From an uncultured Planctomycetaceae bacterium (GTDB lineage: Bacteria > Planctomycetota > Planctomycetia > Pirellulales > PNKZ01), in contig CAZZBK010000013.1 of NCBI GenBank assembly GCA_964652155.1, positions 19 through 64,018 of the forward strand: a DNA stretch of 64,000 nt, read 5' to 3'. The notes beneath the pieces were generated by a model. That model saw only the letters and a list, made by a program, of their open reading frames with translations. It did no database searches and was not told the DNA's origin. Numbering within the stretch: position 1 is the first letter of the stretch; each line of letters begins with the position of its first letter. The position numbers and the translations under genes are program-made. Positions 17,142 through 26,529 of the stretch are shown piece by piece.

Positions 17142-19181
17142 TCACTCGTTGCTGACCTTGTCCAACGCGCGGACCAACGGGCGATAGCGCTGGTGATCCA
17201 ACTCGGCGATCAACCCTTGGTCGCTCGTGTCGCGCGACGCCTCGCTCAGGGCATTGCCAGCGTTGTACAGAGCCTCGACCGCCTTTTCGAGTTGCTCGAT
17301 GTGCGTCTCGGCTTGCTTCGCATCACGAGCCTCGCCGGCCGCGGCCAGGGCCACGAGCGCGCCCAGGTAATGCAACGAGAACTCACCCCGCTTGGCGTGA
17401 TACCAGAACAACGGCCGGGCCTCGCCCGGAGCGTTGCCGTGTGCCCGCAGCACCTCGTTATATGATTTTGTGAACAACCCCAGCGCGTTCTTGAGCACGT
17501 CGGCCTGCTTGGCGGGGTGCTGATACACGAGGTCCGTCGTCAGCGGCTTGACGGCTGAGTAATGCTCGGAGAGCGCGTGATTGGCCTCTTCGAGCCGTTG
17601 CAGGGCGAGCAACATTCGCTCGGCCACGTCGCGTCGACCGGCAATGGGGGTGTAGAGTTGCAGCACGACGTCATCGACCGACAGCTTGCTGAACGCCGCG
17701 CGTCCCAGCGCATACAGGGGGACGGTGGCTTCGCCGATGAGCGCGGTCGGTTGCAGCACCATCCCGCGCCAGCCGTGGCGCTTGGCCAAGTCAATGTCGT
17801 GCAGCACGGCAGCTTGGTCGGCCAGGGGCAATGGACCGAGCCCCGAGAGGGCCGCGTGCAACTCGCCGACGATCGGCGCGGCATTCTTCTGCAACATGGC
17901 GAGCGTTTCATGGGGCGGTTCTTCGTGCAACACTTCGACATCGAGCGAGAACACGACCGAACGGGGCAACCCCTTCGCCAGGTCGGCCTCGCGCACGAAC
18001 GAACCGTCGACAAACAACGGTGTCGCGTGCTGCTTGAGGTCGTTGGGCAACAGCGTGTGCAGCCCTTCGTAGTCGAGATGATCGCCGAACCAGGCTGACG
18101 CCTCGGGGTACGACTGATGCAAAGCCTGCCATTGGGCATGGGTCGCCTCGCGGACCGGTGACGCATCGCCCACGTGGGGCGTGCCAGGCAACCAAGTCAA
18201 CACGGGACCAGCGGCGGCGGGGGGCTCGACGGTCGGCGCGCCCAATGTTTTACGCATCTGCTCGATGGCGTCGGGGAGCTTGCCACGCAACTCGCGAGGA
18301 AAGGCCGTCGGAGCGACACGCAGCGCGCCGCCGATACCCAACTGCGCGCAACGGCGCATGAGCCGATGGACCAGCGACTGCGCGGCGCTCAACTGCTCGG
18401 CCGGGGTCGAGCGGCCCGCGAACTCGGCGGCGGTGAACAGCTTGTTCTCGCCGAAGGCGCGTCGCCCTGGCGTGTCGGGAGTCACGTCGAACGTTTGGCC
18501 CAGTTCAAACAAGCGGCTGCCCTGCACGCGTTGACCTTGCACTGTGTACTCGACGAACGGCTGCTCGGTTCCCAACTCGAACACGATGAGGTTGATTTTA
18601 TTTTTGACCAACTGCCCGATCAGCGACTCGAGGTCGGCCGCGCTCCAGGCGAAGGTCGACGAGAGCGCCGAGCCAAACATTCGCCAGCCGCGCACGCTCA
18701 GTTCGGTGTCTAATACCAGATCGAGGCCGTCGAGCTTGAACGTCGCGCCGGCCGTGGGGAGCATGTCGCCGTGGGGTAGCGAGCGGATGCCGAAATGGTG
18801 CCCGAGTTCGTACACGGCCCAGAGCGTGGCCAGGTCGCTGCCGCCGCCAACGATCACGGTCGGCACCTTGCTGCCAGCGAGTGTGCGGACAACGTGCCCT
18901 TGCTCGCCGAGTTTGGGCCAGCGATCGCCAATGGCTTGAGCCAGCGCGGCGTTGGTCTCGGGCCGACCGAGCAAGACCACGTGCGCCGCGTCGGCAACGG
19001 GGGTGGCGCTCACGCGCACCTCGGCCTCGAACAGCTTGGTAAGTTGCGTCGATAATTCACTCGCCGCGTAGCTCAAGAGCGGCGAGGGGTTGTCTCCCGT
19101 CACCACCGTAACCTGCGGTCCGGCATAAACCCACGACGCCGCGCACAGACATGCGCAGGCCACAAACATCCGGCAGAACAT
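17142..19181 (-). CDS. secreted hypothetical protein (680 aa), possibly glycoside-hydrolase-like
   Basis: The internal ATG at 19181 gives signal peptide MFCRMFVACACLCAASWVYAG. The longer ORF start (19517) would overlap the upstream gene. N-terminal VVLLGRPETN...VIVGGGSDLATLWAVYEL resembles the N-domain of GH20/GH67/GH115-type enzymes; this is a weak impression. Confidence 0.6.
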   Translation of the reverse strand: MFCRMFVACACLCAASWVYAGPQVTVVTGDNPSPLLSYAASELSTQLTKLFEAEVRVSATPVADAAHVVLLGRPETNAALAQAIGDRWPKLGEQGHVVRTLAGSKVPTVIVGGGSDLATLWAVYELGHHFGIRSLPHGDMLPTAGATFKLDGLDLVLDTELSVRGWRMFGSALSSTFAWSAADLESLIGQLVKNKINLIVFELGTEQPFVEYTVQGQRVQGSRLFELGQTFDVTPDTPGRRAFGENKLFTAAEFAGRSTPAEQLSAAQSLVHRLMRRCAQLGIGGALRVAPTAFPRELRGKLPDAIEQMRKTLGAPTVEPPAAAGPVLTWLPGTPHVGDASPVREATHAQWQALHQSYPEASAWFGDHLDYEGLHTLLPNDLKQHATPLFVDGSFVREADLAKGLPRSVVFSLDVEVLHEEPPHETLAMLQKNAAPIVGELHAALSGLGPLPLADQAAVLHDIDLAKRHGWRGMVLQPTALIGEATVPLYALGRAAFSKLSVDDVVLQLYTPIAGRRDVAERMLLALQRLEEANHALSEHYSAVKPLTTDLVYQHPAKQADVLKNALGLFTKSYNEVLRAHGNAPGEARPLFWYHAKRGEFSLHYLGALVALAAAGEARDAKQAETHIEQLEKAVEALYNAGNALSEASRDTSDQGLIAELDHQRYRPLVRALDKVSNE

Positions 19182-19195
19182 ACGCCACTCCGTGT

Positions 19196-20101
19196 TTATT
19201 TTTCTTGCCAACGTTGCCAGTTCAAACCAGGACGATCGACCCGAAACGACACGAGCCGCTGCTGGGTCACTTCGGTCACGTAGACCGTCCGACCATCGGG
19301 ACCACCAAAGCACAAATTGCTCGGGCTTTTGCCAAGCACATCGACCTCGTGCAGGATCTCTCCTTGGGGCGACAGCTTGACGACCGTCCCTTTGCCGTAA
19401 CGGGTAATATACAAGTTGCCGTCGACATCGCAGCGCATGCCATCGAAGCCGTGATCGGGAAATTGTTTGACGAGCTTTCGCTCGCCGAGCCCTTGTGCTT
19501 GAATCGGAAACGCCCACACGCCGCGCTGCACGCTCTCGTTGGTGTACAGTGTCTTGCCGTCGGGGCTGACCTCGATGCCGTTGGTGGTCCCCTGGCCGTC
19601 AGCCAGCAGGGTCACGGTCCCACGCGTGTCAATGCGCCAGATTTGACCCGTGTTTTTGCCCCAGTTCGGGTCGCTGGCGTAGAGCGTGCCGTCGGGGGCG
19701 ATCGCCAAGTCGTTCGGCTGACTCATCTTCGACTCGTGCGCGAAGACGCTCACGGCTTTGGTGCGTGGATCCACTCGCAGCACGTTGTGGTTCACATAGT
19801 CGGCGACGTAAAAATGGCCGCCACGGTCGAAGACGATGCCGTTGCCCACGCTCTTGTTGGCGAACTCGACAAAGATTTCCGCTTTGCCTTCGGGGGTCAC
19901 TTTGCCAACGGTTCCTTGCTTGGCAAAGTTGACCACAAAGACGTTGCCGAGCGCATCGCAGTTGGGGCCTTCAATGCCCGGCGTGAATGAGCCCTTTTCG
20001 GTAAAGGGGGAGGCGACCCACGGCTTGTCGTCGGCCCCCTCGCTCGGCGCCGTCAAGCAGCACAACATCGTAAGACCCCACATCATCCGCTGGTTTAACA
20101 T
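19196..20101 (-). CDS. SMP-30/gluconolactonase/LRE-like beta-propeller protein, secreted
   Basis: Signal peptide MLNQRMMWGLTMLCCLTAPSEG. Repeated propeller blades carry PNDLAIAPDG, TNGIEVSPDGKTLY and GFDGMRCDVDGNLY motifs. Confidence 0.85.
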   Translation of the reverse strand: MLNQRMMWGLTMLCCLTAPSEGADDKPWVASPFTEKGSFTPGIEGPNCDALGNVFVVNFAKQGTVGKVTPEGKAEIFVEFANKSVGNGIVFDRGGHFYVADYVNHNVLRVDPRTKAVSVFAHESKMSQPNDLAIAPDGTLYASDPNWGKNTGQIWRIDTRGTVTLLADGQGTTNGIEVSPDGKTLYTNESVQRGVWAFPIQAQGLGERKLVKQFPDHGFDGMRCDVDGNLYITRYGKGTVVKLSPQGEILHEVDVLGKSPSNLCFGGPDGRTVYVTEVTQQRLVSFRVDRPGLNWQRWQEK

Positions 20102-20116
20102 CGGTGCGTTTCCTGT

Positions 20117-21691
20117 TCAGATTTTTTGTAGACCGGGGCGACCCGACTCGATGGCGAACTTGACGGGCGTTTGCAGCGGCGCCCCAGGCCGGGTCACGTA
20201 GTCGAGCGTGTGATAGTACGAGCGCCACGCACGCGGCGTGACTTCGCATGAGACAAACCCGCGTTGCGAGCTGTGGTACTTCACAAAGGGGTTCTCGCTC
20301 AGGACGGGCGAGGGTTTTTCTCCCGGCGGAGTACCGTTGCCGCCCGAACTGATCGAGGTGCCGACGAATTCGCTGGCCACGACCGGGTCTTGCGGGTCGG
20401 CGCTGTTCACCTGCAAGTTATTGGCCCAATGGGTGTGAATATCGCCGGTGAGCACGACCGGGTTGAGCTTGGGTCGCGCGGCAAAGTACTTGAGCATGCG
20501 CTGCCGGTTGGCCTCGTAGCCGGGCCACTGGTCCATGCTGTAGGCAACTCCTTCGCCCATGAGTCGATCGGCGCGGGCCATCATCACCTGCTGCGCGAGG
20601 ACGTTCCATTGGGCCGGCGTGGCGTCGAGCGTCTCGGTGAGCCATTTCTCTTGAGCCGCGCCGAGCAGCGACGCCTGCGGCGAATAGGTCTCGTCGCAAG
20701 GAGGCTTGTTGTTGTCGCCACAGGGCTGATCGCTGCGATACTGCCGCGTGTCGAGCACCGCGAAGCGGGCGAGCCGACCGAAGTCGACGTGGCGATACAA
20801 TTGCATGTGCGGGCCGCGTGGAAGCTGCGCTCTGCGGAGCGGCATGTGCTCATAATACGCCTGATAGGCGCGGGCGCGACGCTCGAGGAACAGACCGGGC
20901 TCGACCCCTTTTTCCTCACTCATGTCGCCGGCGCAGTTGTTATCGAACTCGTGATCGTCCCAAGTGACGAGCCACGGGCACGCGGCGTGCGCGGCTTGCA
21001 GATGCACGTCGGTTTTGTACTGGGCATGTCGCGCGCGGTAGCCGTCGAGCGTTTCGCATTCGAGGCCGACGTGCTTGCGGACTAGATTGTCCTTGGCGGC
21101 TCCTTCGTAGATGTAATCGCCCAGGTGCACGACCAGATCGAAGTCCAAGCGCTGCATGTGCGCGTAGGCGGTGAAGAGCCCTTGCTCGTAGTGCTGACAC
21201 GAAGCGAAGGCGAAGCGGAGCCGGTCCGGGAGGATGTCGGCGGTGGGCATCGTGCGCGCCCGACCCACGCTGCTTGTCTCTCCCACGGCCTGGAACTGAT
21301 AAAAATACCACCGCTGCGGTTCGAGTCCGGCCACCTCGACATGCACCGAGTGGGCCAGTTCGGGCGTGGCGACGGCCGTGCCCGAGGCGACGACTTGCGA
21401 CATCGTTTCATCGCGCGCCACGAGCCAACGGACCTCGATGTTCTCGCGCGGCATGCCGCCACCATCGAGCGGCTCGGGAGCCAATCGCGTCCAGATCACA
21501 AAGCCGTCGGCGGTCGGATCGCCCGAGGCGACCCCCAACTGAAAGGGATGCGCCTTGAGCGCGACATTTTTGCGGACCGTGGCGGAGAGCGGCGGCGCGA
21601 GCAACGGCCAGGCGACGAGCGCCGCGGAGCCGACGAGAAAATCGCGTCGACCCCAAGAACTGCCGACGTGTTGCTGATGACGGTAGGGCAT
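20117..21691 (-). CDS. phoD: PhoD-family alkaline phosphatase/phosphodiesterase, Tat-exported
   Basis: Start at the internal ATG (MPYRHQQHVGSSWGRRDFLVGSAALVAWP, a Tat motif). HLGDYIYE and WDDHEFDNN metallophosphatase motifs are present. Confidence 0.9.
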   Translation of the reverse strand: MPYRHQQHVGSSWGRRDFLVGSAALVAWPLLAPPLSATVRKNVALKAHPFQLGVASGDPTADGFVIWTRLAPEPLDGGGMPRENIEVRWLVARDETMSQVVASGTAVATPELAHSVHVEVAGLEPQRWYFYQFQAVGETSSVGRARTMPTADILPDRLRFAFASCQHYEQGLFTAYAHMQRLDFDLVVHLGDYIYEGAAKDNLVRKHVGLECETLDGYRARHAQYKTDVHLQAAHAACPWLVTWDDHEFDNNCAGDMSEEKGVEPGLFLERRARAYQAYYEHMPLRRAQLPRGPHMQLYRHVDFGRLARFAVLDTRQYRSDQPCGDNNKPPCDETYSPQASLLGAAQEKWLTETLDATPAQWNVLAQQVMMARADRLMGEGVAYSMDQWPGYEANRQRMLKYFAARPKLNPVVLTGDIHTHWANNLQVNSADPQDPVVASEFVGTSISSGGNGTPPGEKPSPVLSENPFVKYHSSQRGFVSCEVTPRAWRSYYHTLDYVTRPGAPLQTPVKFAIESGRPGLQKI

Positions 21692-21750
21692 GTGGAGCGA
21701 CCTCGGATGTGCGGAGGGTGGAGCGTGATGCCAGGCGAGTGACGGGGCGA

Positions 21751-21799
21751 ACCACCCTCTCATGGCCTGTCGGCCACCCTCTCCCGACGGGAGAGGGGA
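21751..21799. repeat. hairpin repeat family E (CCCTCTCCC-loop-GGGAGAGGG with GGCCACC flank)
   Basis: ggccaCCCTCTCCCgacgGGAGAGGGGag lies between the phoD start and the sulfatase stop. Related copies are at 47659, 47788, 57769 and 57952. Confidence 0.75.
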
Positions 21800-21800
21800 G

Positions 21801-23240
21801 CTAGTTTGAGGCTGGCTTGGCTTTCTTTTTGGCCGCTTTCTTGGCGCTGTTCGCGTCGGGCTGTTTGTCGCCTGGGGCGATATTCTCGGTCGGCAGGTAT
21901 TTGGCCAACTCGGCTTTGACGGCCGCGTACTGCGTGTCGAGCGCGAGATTCTTCCATTCCAGCGGGTCGACCACTTCGTCGTACAACTCTTCGTCGCCAT
22001 TAGCGTAGTGGATGTATCGCCACTTTTCACTCCGCACCGCATGATTTTGGTAGCCGTGGGTCGTCAGGGCGGGGCGATCCCAGGCCGCGGCAGGGTCGGC
22101 GAGCAACGCCTTGATCGATACCCCTTGCACGTGCGATGGCGTCGCCAAGCCGCACAACTCGCACAACGTCGGGTAGATGCTCATGAAGTCCACGGTCCGT
22201 GCGCACGTCGAGTTCGGTTGGGTCACGCCCGGCGCGACGAAAAACAACGGCGCGCGGGTCGCTTCCTCCCAGAGGGCAAACTTGCGCCAGTGCTGCTTCT
22301 CGCCCAGGTGCCAACCGTGGTCCCCCCAGAACACAATGATCGTGTTGTCTTTGTTCGGGCATTGATCGAAACCTTTCATCAACTTGCCGATCATGGCGTC
22401 GCAGTAAGCCCCGGCGGCCAGATAACCGCGGACCGCCTCTTTCCAGCGGCCACTCTTGAGCATCGCGGCGTGGTCACCCTGTGGGTTGGCCATCTTCTGG
22501 CCGGCGCTCGGCACGTCGTCGAGGTCATGCTCGTTGACGACAGGCAGCTGAATCGATTCGAGGGGGAAGAGGTCGTAGTACTTGCGTGGTACGTTCCAGG
22601 CCATGTGCGGCTTGTGCAATCCGCAGGCCAGAAAGAAAGGCCGATCGTGCTTTTTGTTCAACTGTTCGAGGCAGTACTCGACGGTGTGAAAGTCGTGCGT
22701 GTCTTCGTCCTGGCCGTCGGCCGGCGCGAAGCGGATACCAGCGACTCCGTCGTTCTCGCCCTTGCCGGGGGGAAGTTCTTTGCCGGTGTTTTTGTCGTAC
22801 TCGTCCCACGTACCCCACTGGTCACCATCGCCGTGATAGATCTTGCCCGCAGCGAGTGTCCGATAGCCGTGGTCATGCATCCACGAGTTGAGTGCCACGA
22901 CATCGGCGCAACGGGTCGCGCGGCGGTTCACATCGTTGCCGTAGACGCCACTCGACGAGCTGCGCAAGCCGGTCATGAGCGCGGTGCGCGAGGGATTGCA
23001 GACCGGCGAGGCGCAGTAGGCGCGGGAGAAGTTGACGCCCCGGGCCGCGAGGGCATCGATCTGCGGTGTCTTGGCCTGCGGATGCCCGCCGAGGCAGCCG
23101 ATCCAGTCGTTCAAATCGTCGACGGCGATGAACAGCACATTAGGTTTCTCGGCCGCCTTGGTCGAGCCGGTAACGAACAGCGCCACGGCGGGCGTGATGA
23201 GAACCGTGAGTATCTTGAGCGCGAAACGGGCCAATGCCAT
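21801..23240 (-). CDS. sulfatase (formylglycine-dependent), secreted
   Basis: Signal peptide present. NVLFIAVDDLNDW and the sulfatase signature CNPSRTALMTG are present. Lys/Ala-rich C-terminal tail SAKKAAKKKAKPASN. Confidence 0.92.
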   Translation of the reverse strand: MALARFALKILTVLITPAVALFVTGSTKAAEKPNVLFIAVDDLNDWIGCLGGHPQAKTPQIDALAARGVNFSRAYCASPVCNPSRTALMTGLRSSSSGVYGNDVNRRATRCADVVALNSWMHDHGYRTLAAGKIYHGDGDQWGTWDEYDKNTGKELPPGKGENDGVAGIRFAPADGQDEDTHDFHTVEYCLEQLNKKHDRPFFLACGLHKPHMAWNVPRKYYDLFPLESIQLPVVNEHDLDDVPSAGQKMANPQGDHAAMLKSGRWKEAVRGYLAAGAYCDAMIGKLMKGFDQCPNKDNTIIVFWGDHGWHLGEKQHWRKFALWEEATRAPLFFVAPGVTQPNSTCARTVDFMSIYPTLCELCGLATPSHVQGVSIKALLADPAAAWDRPALTTHGYQNHAVRSEKWRYIHYANGDEELYDEVVDPLEWKNLALDTQYAAVKAELAKYLPTENIAPGDKQPDANSAKKAAKKKAKPASN

Positions 23241-23463
23241 GACGGAGTTCCTGAAACGAAGGCGTGTGAAGCGTGGGGTGCGACGACAACCGCGGGCAAG
23301 GTCTGACGCGAATCGTCGCTATTTTATGGGATGAGTGGCCGCTCGTCGCCAGAATTTTTGCCGCTTCCGCCCAAAAGCGGCTGCGGTGGACAGAACCGCG
23401 GCGAGTCGATAGCGTGCTCACGGGCGGAACTCTTTTGTCGGTCCTTGGTCGAGCGGTGTACTG

Positions 23464-24372
23464 GTGAGTCGTGCGCGACAATATTTGACGTATCTCGTGG
23501 TGCGCGTGGCGGTCTGCCTGTTGCAGATGTTGCGCGGCGAGACCTTTGAGGCGCTCGCGCCCCGGTTCGCGTACCTATGCGACGAACTGCTGCGATTGCG
23601 CCGCGACGTGGTCGACGAGAGCCTGGCGATCGCCCTGGGCGAGAGCGACGAGCCGACGCGCCGTAAGGTGGCGCGACGCATGTGGGAACACCTCTTCTTG
23701 CTGATCGGCGAAGTGGCCCTGCTCGATCGCAAGGTGCATCCGACCAACTGGCGGCGGTACCTGAATCTCTGCAACGGCCAGCAAACGCTGGGCTACTTTA
23801 TGAGCGGCCGGCCGATGGTGATCGTGTCCGGGCATTTTGGCAACTTCGAGTTGGGCAACTACGCGCTCGGCTTGCTGGGGGTGCCCACGCTGGCCGTGGC
23901 CCGCGAGTTGGACAACGAGTTTCTCGACGCGTGGCTGCGTCGCTTTCGCGGCCGCACCGGGCAGCGGATGGTCGACAAGATCGGCGGCTACGATGAGATC
24001 GTCGCCACACTGGAGCGCGGCGGGGCCGTCACGCTGCTGGGAGATCAATACGCGGGGAGCCGCGGCTGCTGGGTCGACTTTTTTGGTCGCAGCGCGTCGA
24101 CCCACAAAGCCGTGGCGCTGTTCGCGCTGCAATACGACGCCCCGTTGATCGTGGCCTACGCGCGGCGCACTCGCGGACTGCTGCACTACGACGTGGGGAT
24201 CCACAGCCTCGTCGACCCCCGCGATCAAACAGCGGCAACCTCGGGCGTGAAGCCGCTCACGCAGTGGTTCACGAGTCAGTTGGAGGCGATTGTCCGCGTA
24301 GCTCCCGAGCAGTACTGGTGGGTGCATCGTCGCTGGAAGGACCATCGCAACGGAGCGCACACAGCCCGGTAG
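23464..24372 (+). CDS. lysophospholipid / lipid A biosynthesis acyltransferase (LpxL/HtrB family)
   Basis: HX4(D/E) box SGHFGNFE, with overall layout and the C-terminal EQYWWVHRRWK typical of PF03279 proteins. GTG start. Confidence 0.8.
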   Translation: MSRARQYLTYLVVRVAVCLLQMLRGETFEALAPRFAYLCDELLRLRRDVVDESLAIALGESDEPTRRKVARRMWEHLFLLIGEVALLDRKVHPTNWRRYLNLCNGQQTLGYFMSGRPMVIVSGHFGNFELGNYALGLLGVPTLAVARELDNEFLDAWLRRFRGRTGQRMVDKIGGYDEIVATLERGGAVTLLGDQYAGSRGCWVDFFGRSASTHKAVALFALQYDAPLIVAYARRTRGLLHYDVGIHSLVDPRDQTAATSGVKPLTQWFTSQLEAIVRVAPEQYWWVHRRWKDHRNGAHTAR

Positions 24373-24401
24373 AGTTTTTCACATGATGGCAGCTTGTATT
24401 T

Positions 24402-24470
24402 GGGTGCCATGGCCACATGAAGGGTGGCCATGTGCGCGCATGCCCACGTCGAACCGTGGGCATGGCACCC
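24402..24470. repeat. two tandem family C hairpins
   Basis: GGGTGCCATGGCCACatgaaggGTGGCCATG, then CATGCCCACGtcgaacCGTGGGCATGgcaccc. The outer ends GGGTGCCATGG and CCATGGCACCC are also complementary. Lies between the convergent stops at 24372 and 24548. Confidence 0.8.
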
Positions 24471-24512
24471 GCTAGAGCTACTCCGCTACTCCGCTACCCC
24501 TCCGCTTCATTT

Positions 24513-24541
24513 CGCGCTCCGCTGCGCGTCGCGGCTAACGA
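24513..24541. repeat. half copy of palindrome family D
   Basis: CGCGCTCCGCTGCGCGTCGCGGCTAACGA matches the right arm of the 43618..43706 palindrome with one 1-nt deletion. Confidence 0.75.
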
Positions 24542-24547
24542 ACTTGC

Positions 24548-25666
24548 TTAGCTGCCCGAGTACGGATTCGCGGCGGGGGCGGGAGCCATGACGCTCGGAG
24601 CGACTTGCGAGGTGCCATAGGGGGTCGCGCCCTGCGGGATGCCGTTGCTGAATTGCATCGGCGCGCCCATCGGGCCTGAGTAGGGCGCGGTGGTCGAGCC
24701 CACCGACGGGGCCGTGCCATGATGGTAAGCCGGCATCGCCGAGTTGTACGCGACGGGTTGCACGCCGCCGGTTTGAGTTGTGGCGGGCGGACTCTGCGGC
24801 ACGGCGGCTTGCGGCCCGTTCCAGCTCAAGGTGCCGGCCGGAGGCTGCGGATTCACGGGGACTTTGTTCTCGGTCACCGGCAGTTGATTCCAACCGGCTT
24901 GCATCGGCTGGGCCGGAGGGAGCGTCGCCGCCACCTGTTGCGGCGGCAGCAACGGATTGCTCGGTGCCACGGGCTGCCGTGGCTGATAATTGCCCGTCAG
25001 GTACAGCAGACCGTTGGCGGCTGCGCGCAGATTCGGATCATGCGACAGCGATTGATTGAAGTGAAACTTAGCCTCGTCGATGCGGGCGATTTGCGTGAGC
25101 ACATAGCCCAGGCTGCAATGGGCCTGCGCTTCGCTGTTCACTCGCAGAAAGCATTGCAGGGCTTCGTCACTGCGTCCTTGCTGACCGAGCACGAGGCCAA
25201 GGTTGTTGTTGGCCGTGGGGTGCTTGGGCTCGATGGCCAGCGCCTCGCGATACATTTTTTCAGCTTCCGGGAGCCGGTTCTCGATGAACAGCCGGTAGCC
25301 CATGTCGCTGAGCAGTTGCGGCGACTTGGGGCCGATCTCGTAGGCTTGGAAAAAGTGCTCGTCGGCCTCGGCGTACTTGCCGTTCTTGGCCGCCATGACC
25401 CCCAGGCGATGATGGGCAAGTTGGTGCTTGGGGTTCTTCTTGATGAGCTCTTCGTAGATATGCTTGGCGTCGGTGTCTTGGCCACGCTGCTCGGCGAGCT
25501 GCGCCAGCGAGATCGTTTGCTTCTCTTTTCGCGCCAGGTTTTCTGCCGTGGGCAGCTCGGGCAACGTGCTCGTGAGCGCACAGCCCGAGAGGGCGACGAG
25601 CAACACGCTGAAAAAATGTCCACCGTGCAAAACCGTCGGGCTGCCGCATCGAGTGACGAGAGACAT
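24548..25666 (-). CDS. TPR-repeat lipoprotein (TadD-like) with a P/Q/A-rich C-terminal tail
   Basis: Lipobox VALSGC. TPR repeats run from about residue 60 to 230. The last roughly 150 aa are low complexity (QPRQPVAPSNPLLPPQQVAATLPPAQP...APAPAANPYSGS). Confidence 0.8.
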   Translation of the reverse strand: MSLVTRCGSPTVLHGGHFFSVLLVALSGCALTSTLPELPTAENLARKEKQTISLAQLAEQRGQDTDAKHIYEELIKKNPKHQLAHHRLGVMAAKNGKYAEADEHFFQAYEIGPKSPQLLSDMGYRLFIENRLPEAEKMYREALAIEPKHPTANNNLGLVLGQQGRSDEALQCFLRVNSEAQAHCSLGYVLTQIARIDEAKFHFNQSLSHDPNLRAAANGLLYLTGNYQPRQPVAPSNPLLPPQQVAATLPPAQPMQAGWNQLPVTENKVPVNPQPPAGTLSWNGPQAAVPQSPPATTQTGGVQPVAYNSAMPAYHHGTAPSVGSTTAPYSGPMGAPMQFSNGIPQGATPYGTSQVAPSVMAPAPAANPYSGS

Positions 25667-25847
25667 GACGCAACCTCGCTAAAAATGTCAACGACAAACG
25701 CCACGCCGCGGAGGGTTCGCTGCTGTTCAGGCGACGGAGAGGGGGAGAGCCTCGTTTATCTTGGCGGCACTCGAAAAATTGGGACCGTCCCCAGCCATTT
25801 TGTTCGATGCTCTGATTTGAATTGGGACACGTGTTGCGAGTGGCGGT

Positions 25848-26459
25848 CTAGAACATGCCTCCACCCCCCGCGCCCCCCATGCCGCCGCCGCCAAAGCCAC
25901 CGAGTCCGCCACCAAAGCCGCCAAAGCCCACTCCCGCGCCGCGGAACATGTTGTAGTAGGCCCGTTCTGATTCGTACTCGTGGAATCCGCGGGTGATGGC
26001 CGTCGAGATGACGACGCGCTGCTGGGCGTCGGGCACGCCCATCATGCTGAGCGCTTGCACGACAATCTCGCGGCGTCGGGCGTCGAGTTCGGCGTTGGAG
26101 TGGATTGGGTAATGGAACTCGCTCGTGTCGCGGACGCTCGAGTTGCTGCGCTCGATGATGACCGCGAAGTTCTGACCGGCATTGATGCGAGCCGCGACCT
26201 GCTTGAGATGGTCCTCGCCGTAGGTGTTGAGCCGGGTGGTGTTTTGCAGCCACTCGTGCTGGTAGACGACAAACTTGCTGGGCTCGGCGTTGTCTTCCTG
26301 GGTTTGCCAGAGCGGGTCGGTGAGCGTGCCTTGGGGCGGATACCCGCTGGGGGCGTTGAAGTAGCCCCCTCCCCAGCGCAGCGAGCAGCCGCTCACGACG
26401 TTCAGGCCCAGCGCCAAGGCGGCCAAGGCGGTGCGCCATTCTCGCAGGGGTCGTCGCAT
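25848..26459 (-). CDS. lipoprotein with a glycine-rich C-terminal tail (possible pilus/secretin accessory protein)
   Basis: The ATG at 26459 gives MRRPLREWRTALAALALGLNVVSGC (lipobox). C-terminus is GAGVGFGGFGGGLGGFGGGGMGGAGGGGMF. Sits between the secretin and TPR genes on the same strand. Confidence 0.7.
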   Translation of the reverse strand: MRRPLREWRTALAALALGLNVVSGCSLRWGGGYFNAPSGYPPQGTLTDPLWQTQEDNAEPSKFVVYQHEWLQNTTRLNTYGEDHLKQVAARINAGQNFAVIIERSNSSVRDTSEFHYPIHSNAELDARRREIVVQALSMMGVPDAQQRVVISTAITRGFHEYESERAYYNMFRGAGVGFGGFGGGLGGFGGGGMGGAGGGGMF

Positions 26460-26529
26460 GATTCGATTTCCTTGACTCACGTCATCCGCTCCAGGACCCG
26501 GTCACAGGCCGCTGGTTGAATAGAGGCTG

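Noticed and set aside
17142-19517. Longest-ORF N-terminal extensions at 17142..19517, 20117..22042, 38087..39592, 58006..59232, 33151..34374, 34638..35999 and 49309..52161
   Set aside because: The extensions overlap the upstream gene or a repeat element and are Arg-rich. Internal ATGs give proper signal peptides or canonical family N-termini, so the starts were moved downstream.
11505-24470. Repeated hairpins as a possible CRISPR array
   Set aside because: The copies are not regularly spaced with unique spacers, occur singly or in pairs at gene ends, and no cas genes are present.
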